A stretch of DNA of 63,329 bases, counting the filler, from Octopus bimaculoides (taxonomy: Eukaryota), in the NCBI RefSeq assembly GCF_001194135.2. It is 4 parts of 4 records of this genome, joined end to end, with 100 filler letters (N's around TTAATTAATTAA, not from the genome) between each part and the next. Parts side by side here need not be neighbours in the genome. Positions count along the whole stretch, not along the records: positions 1 to 29,390 come from NC_068984.1; 3 more parts are not named here. The stretch is one strand, 5' to 3'. Positions 11,530-22,975 of this stretch are shown here, one piece after another. Position numbers and translations under genes: made by a program. How positions within the stretch are numbered: the stretch's first letter is position 1; each line of letters opens with the position of its first letter. The notes under the pieces were generated by a model, which did not search any database, was not told the DNA's origin, and saw only the letters and a program-made list of their open reading frames with translations.

Positions 11530-12330
11530 CAGCACGGACGGGTACCTGGCAGCACGCATGCGTACGGAAAGATTGTCAATGGCGAAGATTTGAATCAGTG
11601 GCCTTCGACGCTGTTGTCGTCTAATTCGATGAGTTCTCCTTGTCAACGACGACACCCGTTGTCACATTAGGGCAAGAAGGAAACAGAAATGGACAAGGCG
11701 ACTCTGTATGCTAGCGAGTCTGCAGCTGGCGTCTCTTCCTACTGGTATCGTTTCCGACTACTTTTCTTTTCTTGAAGTGACGTCTTTATTTCAGTGAAGT
11801 CAATGTGTGCGCTACACAAACCCCAAATGATAGAAACACAAGCTACGAAAAAACAAACTCTTCTCCACCACCACCACCGCACTCTATCTCGGGTGCCTTT
11901 TCTTTGTACTTTCGCATTTGCGAGGAGGTGTCATCACTATGCCAAGCTACAATTTGATAACAATCGTCACTTGGAACTAGTAGTTGCTGCCAAGACATGT
12001 GCATTATTATTACCTTTGCTGGTACAGGAGCATCATAAGTACTATCATCTCAACCGCTGCAAGTCGCCCGACTAACCTCACATTCTATCCGATCTCTCTC
12101 TCCCTCTCTCTCTAGCTACCTGGGCTCTTATTGTCGCCGTCCATCGGTGACCACTGTCGTTTCGTCAATAGCTACTGGCTCTCGGTCTGCTGTAAACTAG
12201 AGTAGGAGACTATTATAATATTTTCTGTTATCGGAAACCTTGTGTTGTTGTTTTGTCGAGTGAATGTCATTGAGAGACGGGCACCTGACTGTTTACCGTC
12301 AATGAACATACGTCGCCTCCGCTCTTTAAT
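11530..12330 (+). promoter_or_regulatory. CpG-enriched, repeat-free putative promoter/5' UTR region of MAGI
   Basis: Many CG dinucleotides against a CpG-poor background. CRE-like TGACGTCT at ~11779 is followed by Inr-like TCAGT at 11791. No SINEs between ~10.3 and 18.2 kb. Confidence 0.45.
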
Positions 12331-13018
12331 GTTTCAACATCTCTATCACCCAAAACGACACTTGTCTATCTTCACACTGCTCTTTCTAAATTAACTAAGA
12401 TAATAACCTAAACATTACTACGAAAAATGTCGAATTAGCTGTGTCTTTGTTATCTTTATTAGACTGCTGCTATGAAAGAAGGTCTGCAACAATTATTATT
12501 TCTTGCTAGCTTCTCTCCTCTCTACATACATTATTTATTTTACTACACATGTATACAGTAAACATATTTACTGATACACTTTACATATATCTATTTATAA
12601 CCTCTGTTTTTCTCTGCTTTTACTTTCTCTCTTCTACTTCCTTTTATGTTTTCTTTGCTGCAAGTTTTCAAAAGTATTTCCTAACAACTTACTGCAAAAG
12701 GTTACCAGTCGACGACACCTGACCGGGGGAAGTTGTCACTACCTTCCTCGCTGCCAGCTTCTTGCTTTTTTCCCCCCCTATTTTTTTCTTTCTTTCTAAA
12801 CACCAAAACACAACACAATACAAGGATATCTGTTTTATTTGATTTTTTTTTATATATATTTTATTTTGCTTTCTACATTTTCGATGAACGAGCCTGAAGG
12901 AAATCTATTCGCCGTCATTTGGATCTATACGACTCAATGCTGGAAATATTACCTACTGCGCTTTTGGGTCTTTCTTCCTTCTTTAGTTCATTGTTGATAT
13001 TGATATTTGGCAGATAAC

Positions 13019-13481
13019 ATGCATAAAAACAGACAGTCGTCCGGTGGTTCTTCCTCGTCGGCATCTATGCCTATGCCATCGTCACAACTGTCTCATCATC
13101 CACAGCAACCACAGAACAAAGCCCTGCCGCCTCCCGTCAACAATAAGTTGCTGCCTCCACCTATAAAAAAAGATGTCAAACACTGGAGCACCAGACTCCA
13201 GGAGACAGTCGTATCCATCCCTTCTGATGGTGGCGGCGGCGGCGGACAGGGTTCGTCGATTACCATTAAGGGCGGTGCTGATACGGGCTTCTTCTGTTAT
13301 GTTGGAGATGTCCGCCACGACGAAGTAAAATATCATTCCGGTGGAAAACTACATTCTGATGATCTAATCTTGGAGATCCAAGGACAGAAAGTATCGGGAT
13401 ATACATTAAGAGATGTTAACATCTGGCTGAAGCAAGTCAGTCAGAATGGAGCTCCTGTACTCATTAAAACTTTACGTTCAG
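13019..13481 (+). CDS. MAGI: First coding exon of a MAGI-family protein (membrane-associated guanylate kinase, inverted): low-complexity N-terminus plus PDZ0 domain
   Basis: Translation HWSTRLQETVVS...ITIKGGADTGFFCYVG...DDLILEIQGQKVSGYTLRDV...VLIKTLRSG matches the MAGI PDZ0 pattern (HW..V.E...GGA..G.F.YVG...ELLLEV.G..VSG....DV...KAVRQG). ATG at 13019 (the ORF track starts at an upstream TTG, 13007). The exon ends CAG|GTAAGT at 13481/13482 after 463 nt (phase 1), the position and phase I recall for vertebrate MAGI exon 1. Confidence 0.92.
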
Positions 13482-16400
13482 GTAAGTCCTAACATTACAT
13501 TCACGAATAAGCAGTTGACAATTTGTTTTTGTTTGTTTTCTTTTTCATTACCAGCCTTAAAAAATATCATATATCTACCTGTAACAAGCTCACACACACA
13601 CACTCACTATCTCCGCCGCCACCTCCACCTCGTTGTTGATTCATCAACAAACATATCCAGTCGTTGTTTATTGTATTTTACTTTTGTTCGACATACGTTG
13701 CTTGTCTTATGACGAGTTTTTAATTTACTAGAGCAATCTAAAGCCTCATAATGATTATAAACCCCCCAAGTTTATATAAGTGTGGGCCATTGACCCAGCA
13801 TTTTCCTCTCTGCGGCCTTCATCTACCGCCTCTAATCTAATGTCAACAGTTTTTGTTATGCTTCTCTTGAAGCGACCTTAACTGCTATTTACCCAAACGA
13901 GTGCCAATGGTTTCTGCTAGAGGCCGCTTCCCACTTCTCTCTCTATTTCAATTAGTTATCAACAAGTGTCCTCGTTGTTTCACCTTTCAGTAACTGGAGA
14001 CAACATTACTCATTAAATTTCACCGACCGTCGTAAGATATAAATCGAGAGTGGAGTAGTGGTGAGCAATGGAAATAGGGAATTAAAATTATTTCAGTGTT
14101 CAGGCTCATATTTCACATTACTCAATTTAAAATATTCCCTTAATTTATTTTTCATTATAAAGACAGAAACGAACTTCCATTGCCGTTGTCATTATGTGAT
14201 GTTATTATTTTTTGTTTTTTACAAGTTAAAGTTAAGGAAATATAATTATTATAAATCATTTCTGTTTGTTGAAAGAAAAATAATCAAAGAATGAGAATGA
14301 AATGCAGTCGAACGTCTAATATATTTGCTTTAGAACAAACACAACCCAGTTTTCTGATAAACGATCACCTTCATACCTGCAAACTACTTCCGACAAACAA
14401 GTATTTGCAAATTAAAATTATGTGCTCAACACGCGCTGCGTGTAAGCATATAATTACATTACACTTCGATAAGATTTTCGTTGCATTTACGAAATTCCTG
14501 TGAATATTGTATACACATAGATGCATGTGTGTGTGTGTGTTTAGTGTTGATTGTCGAAAAAGAAAAGATAGTATAACAGATTAATAATACTTTTTTGTTG
14601 GGTTAGTCTGTTGCTATATATATATATATATATATATAATCATTTTCTTTTAATGAAGACAAGGTGCCAAATTTTAAGTGAACATGACATTGTATCTATA
14701 TAATCTGTGTGGCGTACGGTTTTGCCGCCGTTGAGGTTGCTCCCTGTTATTTTTCTTCCAACAAGTAACAAACATAAAAATAAAAAAATGAATTAAAAAA
14801 AAAAACCTGAAGCAAAGGCTCCCTGTGGTGACTGACATATTGCAACAGGTAAATGAAAGGTGTATCAGTGAAGCAAGTATTCACTACGTGTAGTTAAAAG
14901 CTTTTTCTTTTTTTATCGGACTAAACAGAGCATACTGTTTCTTTTTCCTTATAAAATTTAAATACATTGATCTGTTTACTTGTTTCTGTTATATATTTTA
15001 TCGAGAATTATCGACAGCCCCTATAACATTTCTAAAAGCAATTAAGCACAAACAGGTAAAGCTGAAAAATGTTTAGTCATATTTGTAATAAATAACAACA
15101 ACAATAATAGACAAAATTTGTGACACATTTCAGCAACTGTGTGTTTTTAATGACCTATTTCTAATTTATCGAAATGTTTTGGTCCTTCTATTAGTGTATC
15201 GGATACATTACTACTAGGTTGTATATTCATTTCATTATCGCTTTCAACTGAATAGTTTTTTTATGAACTTCGTTGGTGGATCTTGTCGTGTTATAACTAT
15301 TCTCTGGTTTCAATGATTTAAGAGCGAGAAGAAAAAAAATCCTTTTGCTATTTTCATTACAAGATTGTTACTGACTAGAGAGTACAGAAGCTTTTTAAAG
15401 TCATGTTTCAGTATTGCTAGGATCTTGCAAATAAGCAATGCTTTTTCATTGAATAATATGTTTAAAGGTTGTTTGGTAAAAATGGGTGTGGATTCCACCC
15501 ACAATGAATAACTCACATTGGTTCATTGTAAACGGGTACATTTTATCTGTTGTATTTATTTTTCATTAAGTTTTTTTTTTGTCCAAATCTTTGGGATGGT
15601 CATCATATATATAGGTTTGTTACTGCGATTCTTCTGCTTCCAAGCGTTTTCAAAATGTTAACAACCTTACTTTGGAATGGAATCAATGCTCGATCGAATT
15701 CTTGTTTCTGGAGAGAACCAGGTTTAAAGAGCACTTGAAAATTATTGATTTCGATGGATAATGGTAATAACAGATGATAAATATGCTTTGTGTGCAATTG
15801 AATTTAAGTGTTAATTAAGTACAATTTCTGTAATTATTTGCCTTATTATTCAGGGCTAAGTGAAACTCGGTTGAATTAAAAAGTTACATGTTTTAAATGG
15901 AAGTGGAGGCTAGTATAAAGTTAAAACCGGAGAGAAAACCATGCGGAATTATTATTTTTGGCCTTGATGTCAAATCTGACGCGCGGTCAACAGCCAAAAG
16001 TTACATAACGTTTGGTGTCGATCCATTTCCAGTTGCAAACGGTAAACGTTTGTCAGAGCTGTCAGCAGCAACTCTGCTAGTAGAAGGAAGAAGACAGGCA
16101 ATCTGTCTCCAACTATAGCTTCGTTTCAACAATGGATTGGTTGACGGCGGGGAAGAGAGGGAGGGGAGCGGGGGGCGCATTAAAAATGACCAAAGCGACA
16201 ATGGTAATAGTTCGTTCGTCAGCCGAGACACACAGACACACATGTACACGTGTAAGTGCGTACACGTGCACACACACACATGCACGTGCTCGCACGCACA
16301 CGTGCATTCACAGACGCAATGCATGCAGCTATCACTTTGCACCAACATCGAAAACGTCTGTTACCCTTGCATATGCATTTTAAAGTTGCATATTGGGCGA

Positions 16401-18269
16401 ATATGTACACAATTCTATCTTACGACAAAAATCTAGTTGCATGCTTGCATTTCCATGACAAAGCTGTTTGGAAGTCTTAAAATCGTCCTCTTTCATTCTT
16501 CATCTTACCCCCTCACTCCCCTTATTTAAAATTCATGGTACAGCTAGCTTTTGCATTGTTCCATACAACAACACTTATATATTCCTGTACCTAAACTATC
16601 GCTTCCTCTACGTTAATGTTTCTGGCGATGTCATCAAAGAGAAAAATAATCTTGCTATAAACATGATGCATACAATGTAGTCGTTCTGTGTTAATGATTC
16701 TCTTTTTCCTTCTTTTCTCACAAATTCTAATCTGAAATCCGTACCTTTTTGCAAGAGATTTTATGTCAAAATTCCTCCTCCTTTCGTTATTTTTTCTTTC
16801 TATTATTATTATTATTATTATGCAATGCCGCGAACTTAACGCCATTATATTTCTGATACTATCTCTACACCATCTTTTGCTTCCATTGTGCTTTTTTCCC
16901 CCTCTCTCTCCCCCCTCCCACTTTCTAGCTCCATCTCATTCTTATCGCAGTCATTATATTTGAAGATGTCCTATAAATGTCTCTTGTCTCGTTGACTTCA
17001 TAATGCATTGTCTCTGCAAAATGCATTTGTTTCTACAATTCCACTTAGCATCTATTACGTATTTCAAAAAGCAGGTGGCTCTCACCCCCCTCTCCACCTC
17101 TTTGTTTTAGGTTACCTTTTAACTCAGAAGCAAACATTCTAACATGAAAAAAAAATGGAATTGCTTAATGAAAGAATATATTCATTGTAGAATAACTTTG
17201 GCGTTGCAATCTCTACAAGGCAAAGCAGCAGCCGTTCTGTTGTTAATCTTCTTTCGAGTTGACAGTAAATCTAATTAGTTTTTAATTCATCCAGACATCA
17301 CGCATTTGCACAGACGTCTTAATGTCAAACCATTATGGACAATCTCTATTGTTTTTTCTTTTCTTTTTTTTTCTGTAATTTTTATTTATTTATCAAACTG
17401 GGCGAATGTTTTCTACCTGTATTTGTATTCTGGTGTTTAATTGAAGAATTTTATAAGTCTGTCAAGCCATAAACGTCGTCTTAAATAATTCTGTTGAGAG
17501 TTAGTGTCATCAACCCCTAGCAGAAAAGCTTTTCCAGGTCTTTATTTTTTTTGTTGTTGTTTTTGTTTTTAGACAAATACTAGAATATCATAGCAGATGG
17601 AACTACTAACGCTTTGGCGTCTGTTACATTTCTAGGCATTTGTAGTTTTGGGTTTTTTCAAACGTAGATTGTTTTTTTTTTGATTTTTTTTTTGCTTTCG
17701 TACTTTTGATATCTATTCATCCCTTGGTTCAGTTTTGGAGTCGCTGTCACTCGAAGACCCCCCCACACACACACACACACACATACCTTGTCGAGAAGGA
17801 AAAGGGTAAAGCTTTTCCCTTCCTGTGACTTGTGCAACAGAAATTACGATTCTGAAAATATTTTTGCCAAAAATTTCAATACATCCTCTACTGCACCACC
17901 CACTTCCGTACCTTTTTTTTTTTTTATTCTTCATAAGGTATGATGCTTCCAAGGGTCCCCTAATCATCGCCCATTCCTTGCTCTAAGTGACCTCCCACTT
18001 TTATTTTTGTAGTATTCCTCAAATTCGCCACAGAATACCAATAGTTGTAAATTTGTTCAAATCGTTGGCTCTTTGAGCAATAAACAACGAATTTATTTCC
18101 GAAGAAGAGATGTTGTAGACAGTCTTTGAGAATTTCGTATTGCTGTTACTATTCTGCTAGGTGCCAGGTAGACCGTAATGCTTTCTTCTGGATCATACTA
18201 GGGGAAAAACTGGGCAAATTCTGTTGCCTGCCTAATTTTGGCTAACGTATATACTTAAAAAAAAAAAAA

Positions 18270-18420
18270 TTCATCATATCATTTAACGTCTGTTTTTCCA
18301 TGCTTGCATGGGTCAGACGGAATTTGTTGAAGTAGATTTTCTATGGCGGATGCCCTTCCTGTTTCCAAATGTGGCAATATTTCTCATGTCCAGAAATGTT
18401 ATTCATGGAAAACTGGAAAT
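18270..18420 (-). mobile_element. SINE family C-like 3' fragment
   Basis: tcatcatatcatttaacgtctgtttttccatgcttgcatgggtcagacgg...ggatgcccttcc. Confidence 0.7.
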
Positions 18421-18684
18421 CAAGCGCGCATGCACACACTCACTCACACACACACACATACACACACACTTTGTAGAAGTTACAGTGACTCAAGAGCTGA
18501 GAGTTTCACATTATATATACTCATGTTTTGAATTTTATTTTCCGGTTTGCATCCCCAAAACTGTATATATATATCAATGTTTGTTTTTCATGTTCAGTTA
18601 TGATAAAAACAATTTTACGTTACTCCATATTTTTGTAGAGTACAAATTTAGTATTCTTAAACAAGAATATTTATTTCTTTATTG

Positions 18685-18890
18685 ACTACAGGGGACAAAC
18701 AAGCACAGACAAACGGATTAAGTCGATTACATCGACCCCAGTGCATAACTGGTACTTGCTTATTGACCCCGAAAGGATGAAAGGCAAAGTCGACCTCTGC
18801 AGAATTTGAACTCGGAATGTAACGGCAGATGATATACCACTAAACATTTTGCTAAGTGTGCTAATGATTCTGCCAGCTCACCGGCCTTTC
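18685..18890 (-). mobile_element. SINE family B
   Basis: gaccccgaaaggatgaaaggcaaagtcgacctc...gaatttgaactc...gattctgccagctc. Confidence 0.88.
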
Positions 18891-19029
18891 CTTAAGCAAC
18901 AATATTATTGACAGTAACTTCGAAGTTTCAACCAGGTAAGCCACTGTTGGACTGCTTGATAATGACAATCCAATGATGGCTTAACTGGATGAAACTTCGA
19001 AGTTACAGTCATTAATATTCTTGTTTAAA

Positions 19030-19200
19030 TATAATACACACACGCAACAGGCTTCTTTCAGTTTCCTTTTACCAAATCCACTCACAAGGTTTTGGTTGAC
19101 TCAGTGCTAGAATAGAAGACACTTGCCGAAGACGCCACACAAAACTGAAAGCACATGGTTGGCAAGTAAGCTTCTTACGAAACAGTCACATCTGCGCCTT
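19030..19200 (-). mobile_element. SINE family A, 5' half
   Basis: caggcttctttcagtttcc...aaatccactcacaagg...gacacttgcc...cacatggtt is the reverse complement of the head module. Confidence 0.75.
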
Positions 19201-19464
19201 ATATGAACATTTTGCAAAACAAACCAATTTGGGACAATTTATATAGAATAAATAAATATCTCCATAATTATTTGTTTGGTATTGATAATTTAATACTTTC
19301 ATAATTGTTTCAAGTTGGTTGAGTTGTATAAAGGAAATTAAACCAAAGAGATCATCTCTTTTAGATTGACTTATCTGTTGGGTTTGTGTACTTCATCTCA
19401 TTCCTATTCCTCTTTTGTACTACTATTAACTATATAGTCTCTTCATTGTTTAGTAAATAAAAAC

Positions 19465-19885
19465 AATTGCAGGCATGACTTTGTGGTTGGGAAGCATGTT
19501 CTGTACCCACATGGTTCCAGGTTCAGTCCTACTGTGTAACACCTTGGACAAGCGTCTTCTACTATGGTTCCAGGCTGACCAATACCTGTGAATGAATTTG
19601 GTAGACAGAAGATGGAAATTGTGTGGAAGCCCATCATGTGTGTGTGTGTGGGTGTGGGTGTGTGTGAGTGCCTTTGTTTGATCCTCCCACCTATCACTTG
19701 ACAACTGGTGTTGGTTTGTTTATGTCACTGTAACCTAAGTTTTGGCAAGCGAGGTTAATGGAATAAGTACCAAATAGAAAAAAGATAAAATCCTGGTATC
19801 AATTTGTTTGACCGAACCGTTTAAGGTGGTGCTCCAGCATGGCTGCAGTCCAGTGATTGCAACAAGTAAAGGATAAAAAGATGGT
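19465..19885 (+). mobile_element. SINE family A, near full length
   Basis: Head, core, TG tract and tail all present. Confidence 0.8.
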
Positions 19886-19974
19886 TATTTCAGTAATAAG
19901 TGTATAATTTTAATTTCTCATTACACCTATATCATATCATTTGCATCGTTTGTTTCCATGGAGCCATATGAAAA

Positions 19975-20140
19975 AGCACCTGTGTGGGTGCCGTGTAAAA
20001 TGCACCCTGTGTAAAGTGACTGGCATTAGGAAGGGCATCTTGCCATAAAAACCAAACCAAAACAGACAGCTTGAGCTTGGTCAAACTATCCAACCCATGC
20101 CAGCATGGAAAAATGGACCATTAAATGATGATGATGATGT
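19975..20140 (+). mobile_element. SINE family C-related 3' part
   Basis: ggcattaggaagggcatc...tccaacccatgccagcatggaaa...ttaaatgatgatgatgatg. Confidence 0.75.
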
Positions 20141-20309
20141 GTGTATGCCATCTTTATTTGTTTTCCATAAATAGAATCAGTTGCTGCACATTTTCTTCCC
20201 ATTTTCTTATGTGTGTTCAAATGCGATGTCAGTGTTGTATGTCACCAAACAAAACATGGTTTGCACTCTGCCTTTTCTCATTCTTATCTTTTTGCAGAAC
20301 ACACGGCTG

Positions 20310-20695
20310 TAAGGTCTATTGTCTTTTCCTTGTTTCAGTCATTTGACTGCAGCCATGCTGGAGCACTGCCTGGAAAAGATTTTAGTTGAACAAATTGACC
20401 CCAGGACATTTTTTGTTTTTTTTAAAGTCTGGTACTTATTTTATCAGTCTCTTTTGCCAAACCACAGGGATGTAAACAAACCAGTGCCAGTTATCAAGCA
20501 ATGCAGGTGGGACACAAAGCACATACACATATTTGATGGACTTCCACACAATCTCCATCTATCAAATATACTCACGAGGCATTGCTTAACCTGGGGGGCT
20601 ATGGAAGAAGACAATTCCCAAGTTGCTGCGCTGTGTGATTGAACCTGAATCCATGTGGTTTCAAAGCAAGCTTCTTAACCCCACGTCCACACTTG
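20310..20695 (-). mobile_element. SINE family A, diverged
   Basis: Reverse-complement tail cttgtttcagtcatttgactgcagccatgctggagcac through head gaacc...catgtggtt. Confidence 0.75.
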
Positions 20696-21544
20696 CATCA
20701 AATTTCTCAGCAAGAAACTTTTCCACTCAATTATTTCCACTTCCGTTCCACCGGCCAATATTGCTATATAAATAGTGTTTAACATAAGATTCTTCATCCT
20801 ATCAGATGTCTTTGAATTTCTTGTTATCTTTTAAAAGCATCACTATTGAGATTACATTATCGCTGATTGTCTTGATACATCGTGATTACCATACTTAACT
20901 TTTAGTGCCATTATCTTTAAATTCTTGATGGAATGCCTTCAATAACAACGAGCTGTGTTTACCCAGCCATAAACACATTGCCATAGTTACTACTTTAATT
21001 AGATAACTACTTTAACGAAGGCATAGCAATCAACATATTAACAGATGCAGTTTATTTGGTACAGTTTCTTAGTACCCGCCACCACCAAGTGTATTCCCAG
21101 AGATATTATGGAGATTTACCTTTAAATTATTCCACAAAGTCAAAATATTTTGTCTAGTGGCTGTTTATTAACCATGATCTTAAATTAGAATTTATCTCTC
21201 AGCCAAACAGAATGCAGCATTTATGCAACACTGAAGTTTGAAATTGCATTTTATGCATTTTCATATAATCTCGTGATTGGCCAGTCTGTCGGATGTTGTT
21301 ACACATCGCTGGTCACAATGTGCTTTGCATCAGTTTAGCTTTTAAATGATGCCACTTCACTGGTTAGGTGGCAAACAGGCCACTGTGTCACTGGGTTATG
21401 CATTTACAGCTGAGTGGATTGCTGCAATAGAAAATGAAGTATTTTCCTCAAGAACACAATGCATAACCAGTCTGGGAGCAGAAACCACAATCTCAGAATC
21501 ACGAGTGCAACATGCCTTACTAGTAGGCATTTTATATGGAGAAA

Positions 21545-21907
21545 ACTGTGCCGGTGGCACGTAAAAAGCACTGCCTTGCTGGCACTTATGCCAGTGGTAC
21601 ATGGAAAACAACATTTGAGCGAGGGCGTTGCCAGTGCCGCTGGACTCGCTCCTGTGCAGGTGACACATAAAAAACACCATTTGAGTGTGGCCGTTGCCAG
21701 TACTGCCTGACTGGCCCATGTGCTGGTGGCACGTAAAAGCACCAACTACACTCTCGGAGTGGTTGACGTTAGGAAGGGCATCCAGTTGTAGAAACTCTGC
21801 CAGATCAGATTGGAGCCTGGTGCAGCCTCTGGCTCACCAGTACCCAGTCAAACCATCCAACCCATGCTAGCATGGAAAGCAGACATTAAACGATGATGAT
21901 GATGATG
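21545..21907 (+). mobile_element. SINE family C
   Basis: Three subrepeats and the canonical 3' module with (GAT)n tail. Confidence 0.9.
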
Positions 21908-22145
21908 AAACTGCAGTGAGTTGGTTGAACTCTGTGAAAACAATGGCTGGGAGGCATTATGCCTTTGTGTAGATATAAGTATTAGAGGATTTGTTGGCAG
22001 CCAGTTTCACTTGGTACTCAAGAGTCTTGGACTAGCTGTGAAGGAGAGAAAATATGTTGCCAGAAAATTGTTGGAAGTTTCTAAGAAAGCAAATCATTAC
22101 ATCTGGCTCAAAGGGGAAGATGAATGTTGCAGCAAGAATGAGCAT
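21908..22145 (+). mobile_element. HERO/R2-superfamily non-LTR retrotransposon C-terminal restriction-like endonuclease fragment
   Basis: ELVELCENNGWEALCLCVDISIRGFVGSQ...LKSLGL...SKKANHYIWLK matches the HERO-type tail pattern EL..EC...GW...PVEVGCRGF.G.S....LG......AE..S.WLW.KR. Confidence 0.6.
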
Positions 22146-22613
22146 TGAGGATAATAGAAACACTGACTCAACAAAATTCATGCTATTATGTGAAAGTTTT
22201 CTCACCTACATTGGTGGTTTGTCCTGGGCAGCTCTGGTGTCATGTGGAAGGATCTGAAACGCCAGTGCTGGATTAACCAGCCAGATGAGAAGTTGGGCAC
22301 CGTTGAAATGGTAAATGGCTTACGGCACAAAAGAAATCAATTTAAATTTGCTAAAATAATGTTCAATGGAGTTCATATGATTGGAAATATAATTTCAGAA
22401 TATTCATGGTGTCATAGCGAGGATTTGATTAAAGACTTTGCAATGAAAAAAAATAGGAGAAAACTTTTCTGATACAACTAAAGTGAAAGTATACAAAAAT
22501 AACCATTATTTTCCATCTTAATATTAGTTTTTTGTTTCATTTTGAAAAATAAAAAAAATTATTTTATAGTTTATTATTGTTTATATTTTGAATTATATTT
22601 TATATGAGGGTGT

Positions 22614-22975
22614 GGAGGCGCAGTGGCCCAGTGGTTAGGGCAACGGACTCGCAGTCATAGGATCATGGTTTTAATTCCCAGACCAGGCCTTGTGGGTGTT
22701 TATTGAGTGAAAAAAACACTTAAAGCTCCACAAGGCTCCAGCAGGGGCTAGTGGCAAACCCTGCTGTACTCTTTCACCACAACTTTCTCTCACACTTTCT
22801 TCCTCTGTCTGTTGTACCTGTATTTCAAAGGGTCAGCCTTGTCATACTCTGTGTCACGCTGAATCTCCCTGAGAACTACGTTAAGGGTACACGTGTCTGT
22901 GGAGTGCTCAGCCACTTGCATGTCAACTTCATGCAGATCAACTGAAACCCTAGTTGTTGGAACCAACAGAGTGCT
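22614..22975 (+). mobile_element. tRNA-derived SINE, family D
   Basis: tRNA-like head GGAGGCGCAGTGGCCCAGTGGTTAGGG...GGATCATGGTTTTAATTCCC (A box and decayed B box) followed by a non-tRNA body; not a functional tRNA. Confidence 0.65.

Noticed and set aside
11389-11655. Arg-rich 88-aa minus-strand ORF at the promoter
   Set aside because: Non-ATG start, no recognisable family, and composition is explained by CpG-rich promoter DNA.
22614-22690. tRNA gene
   Set aside because: B box is decayed, no acceptor-stem closure, and it continues into a SINE body.
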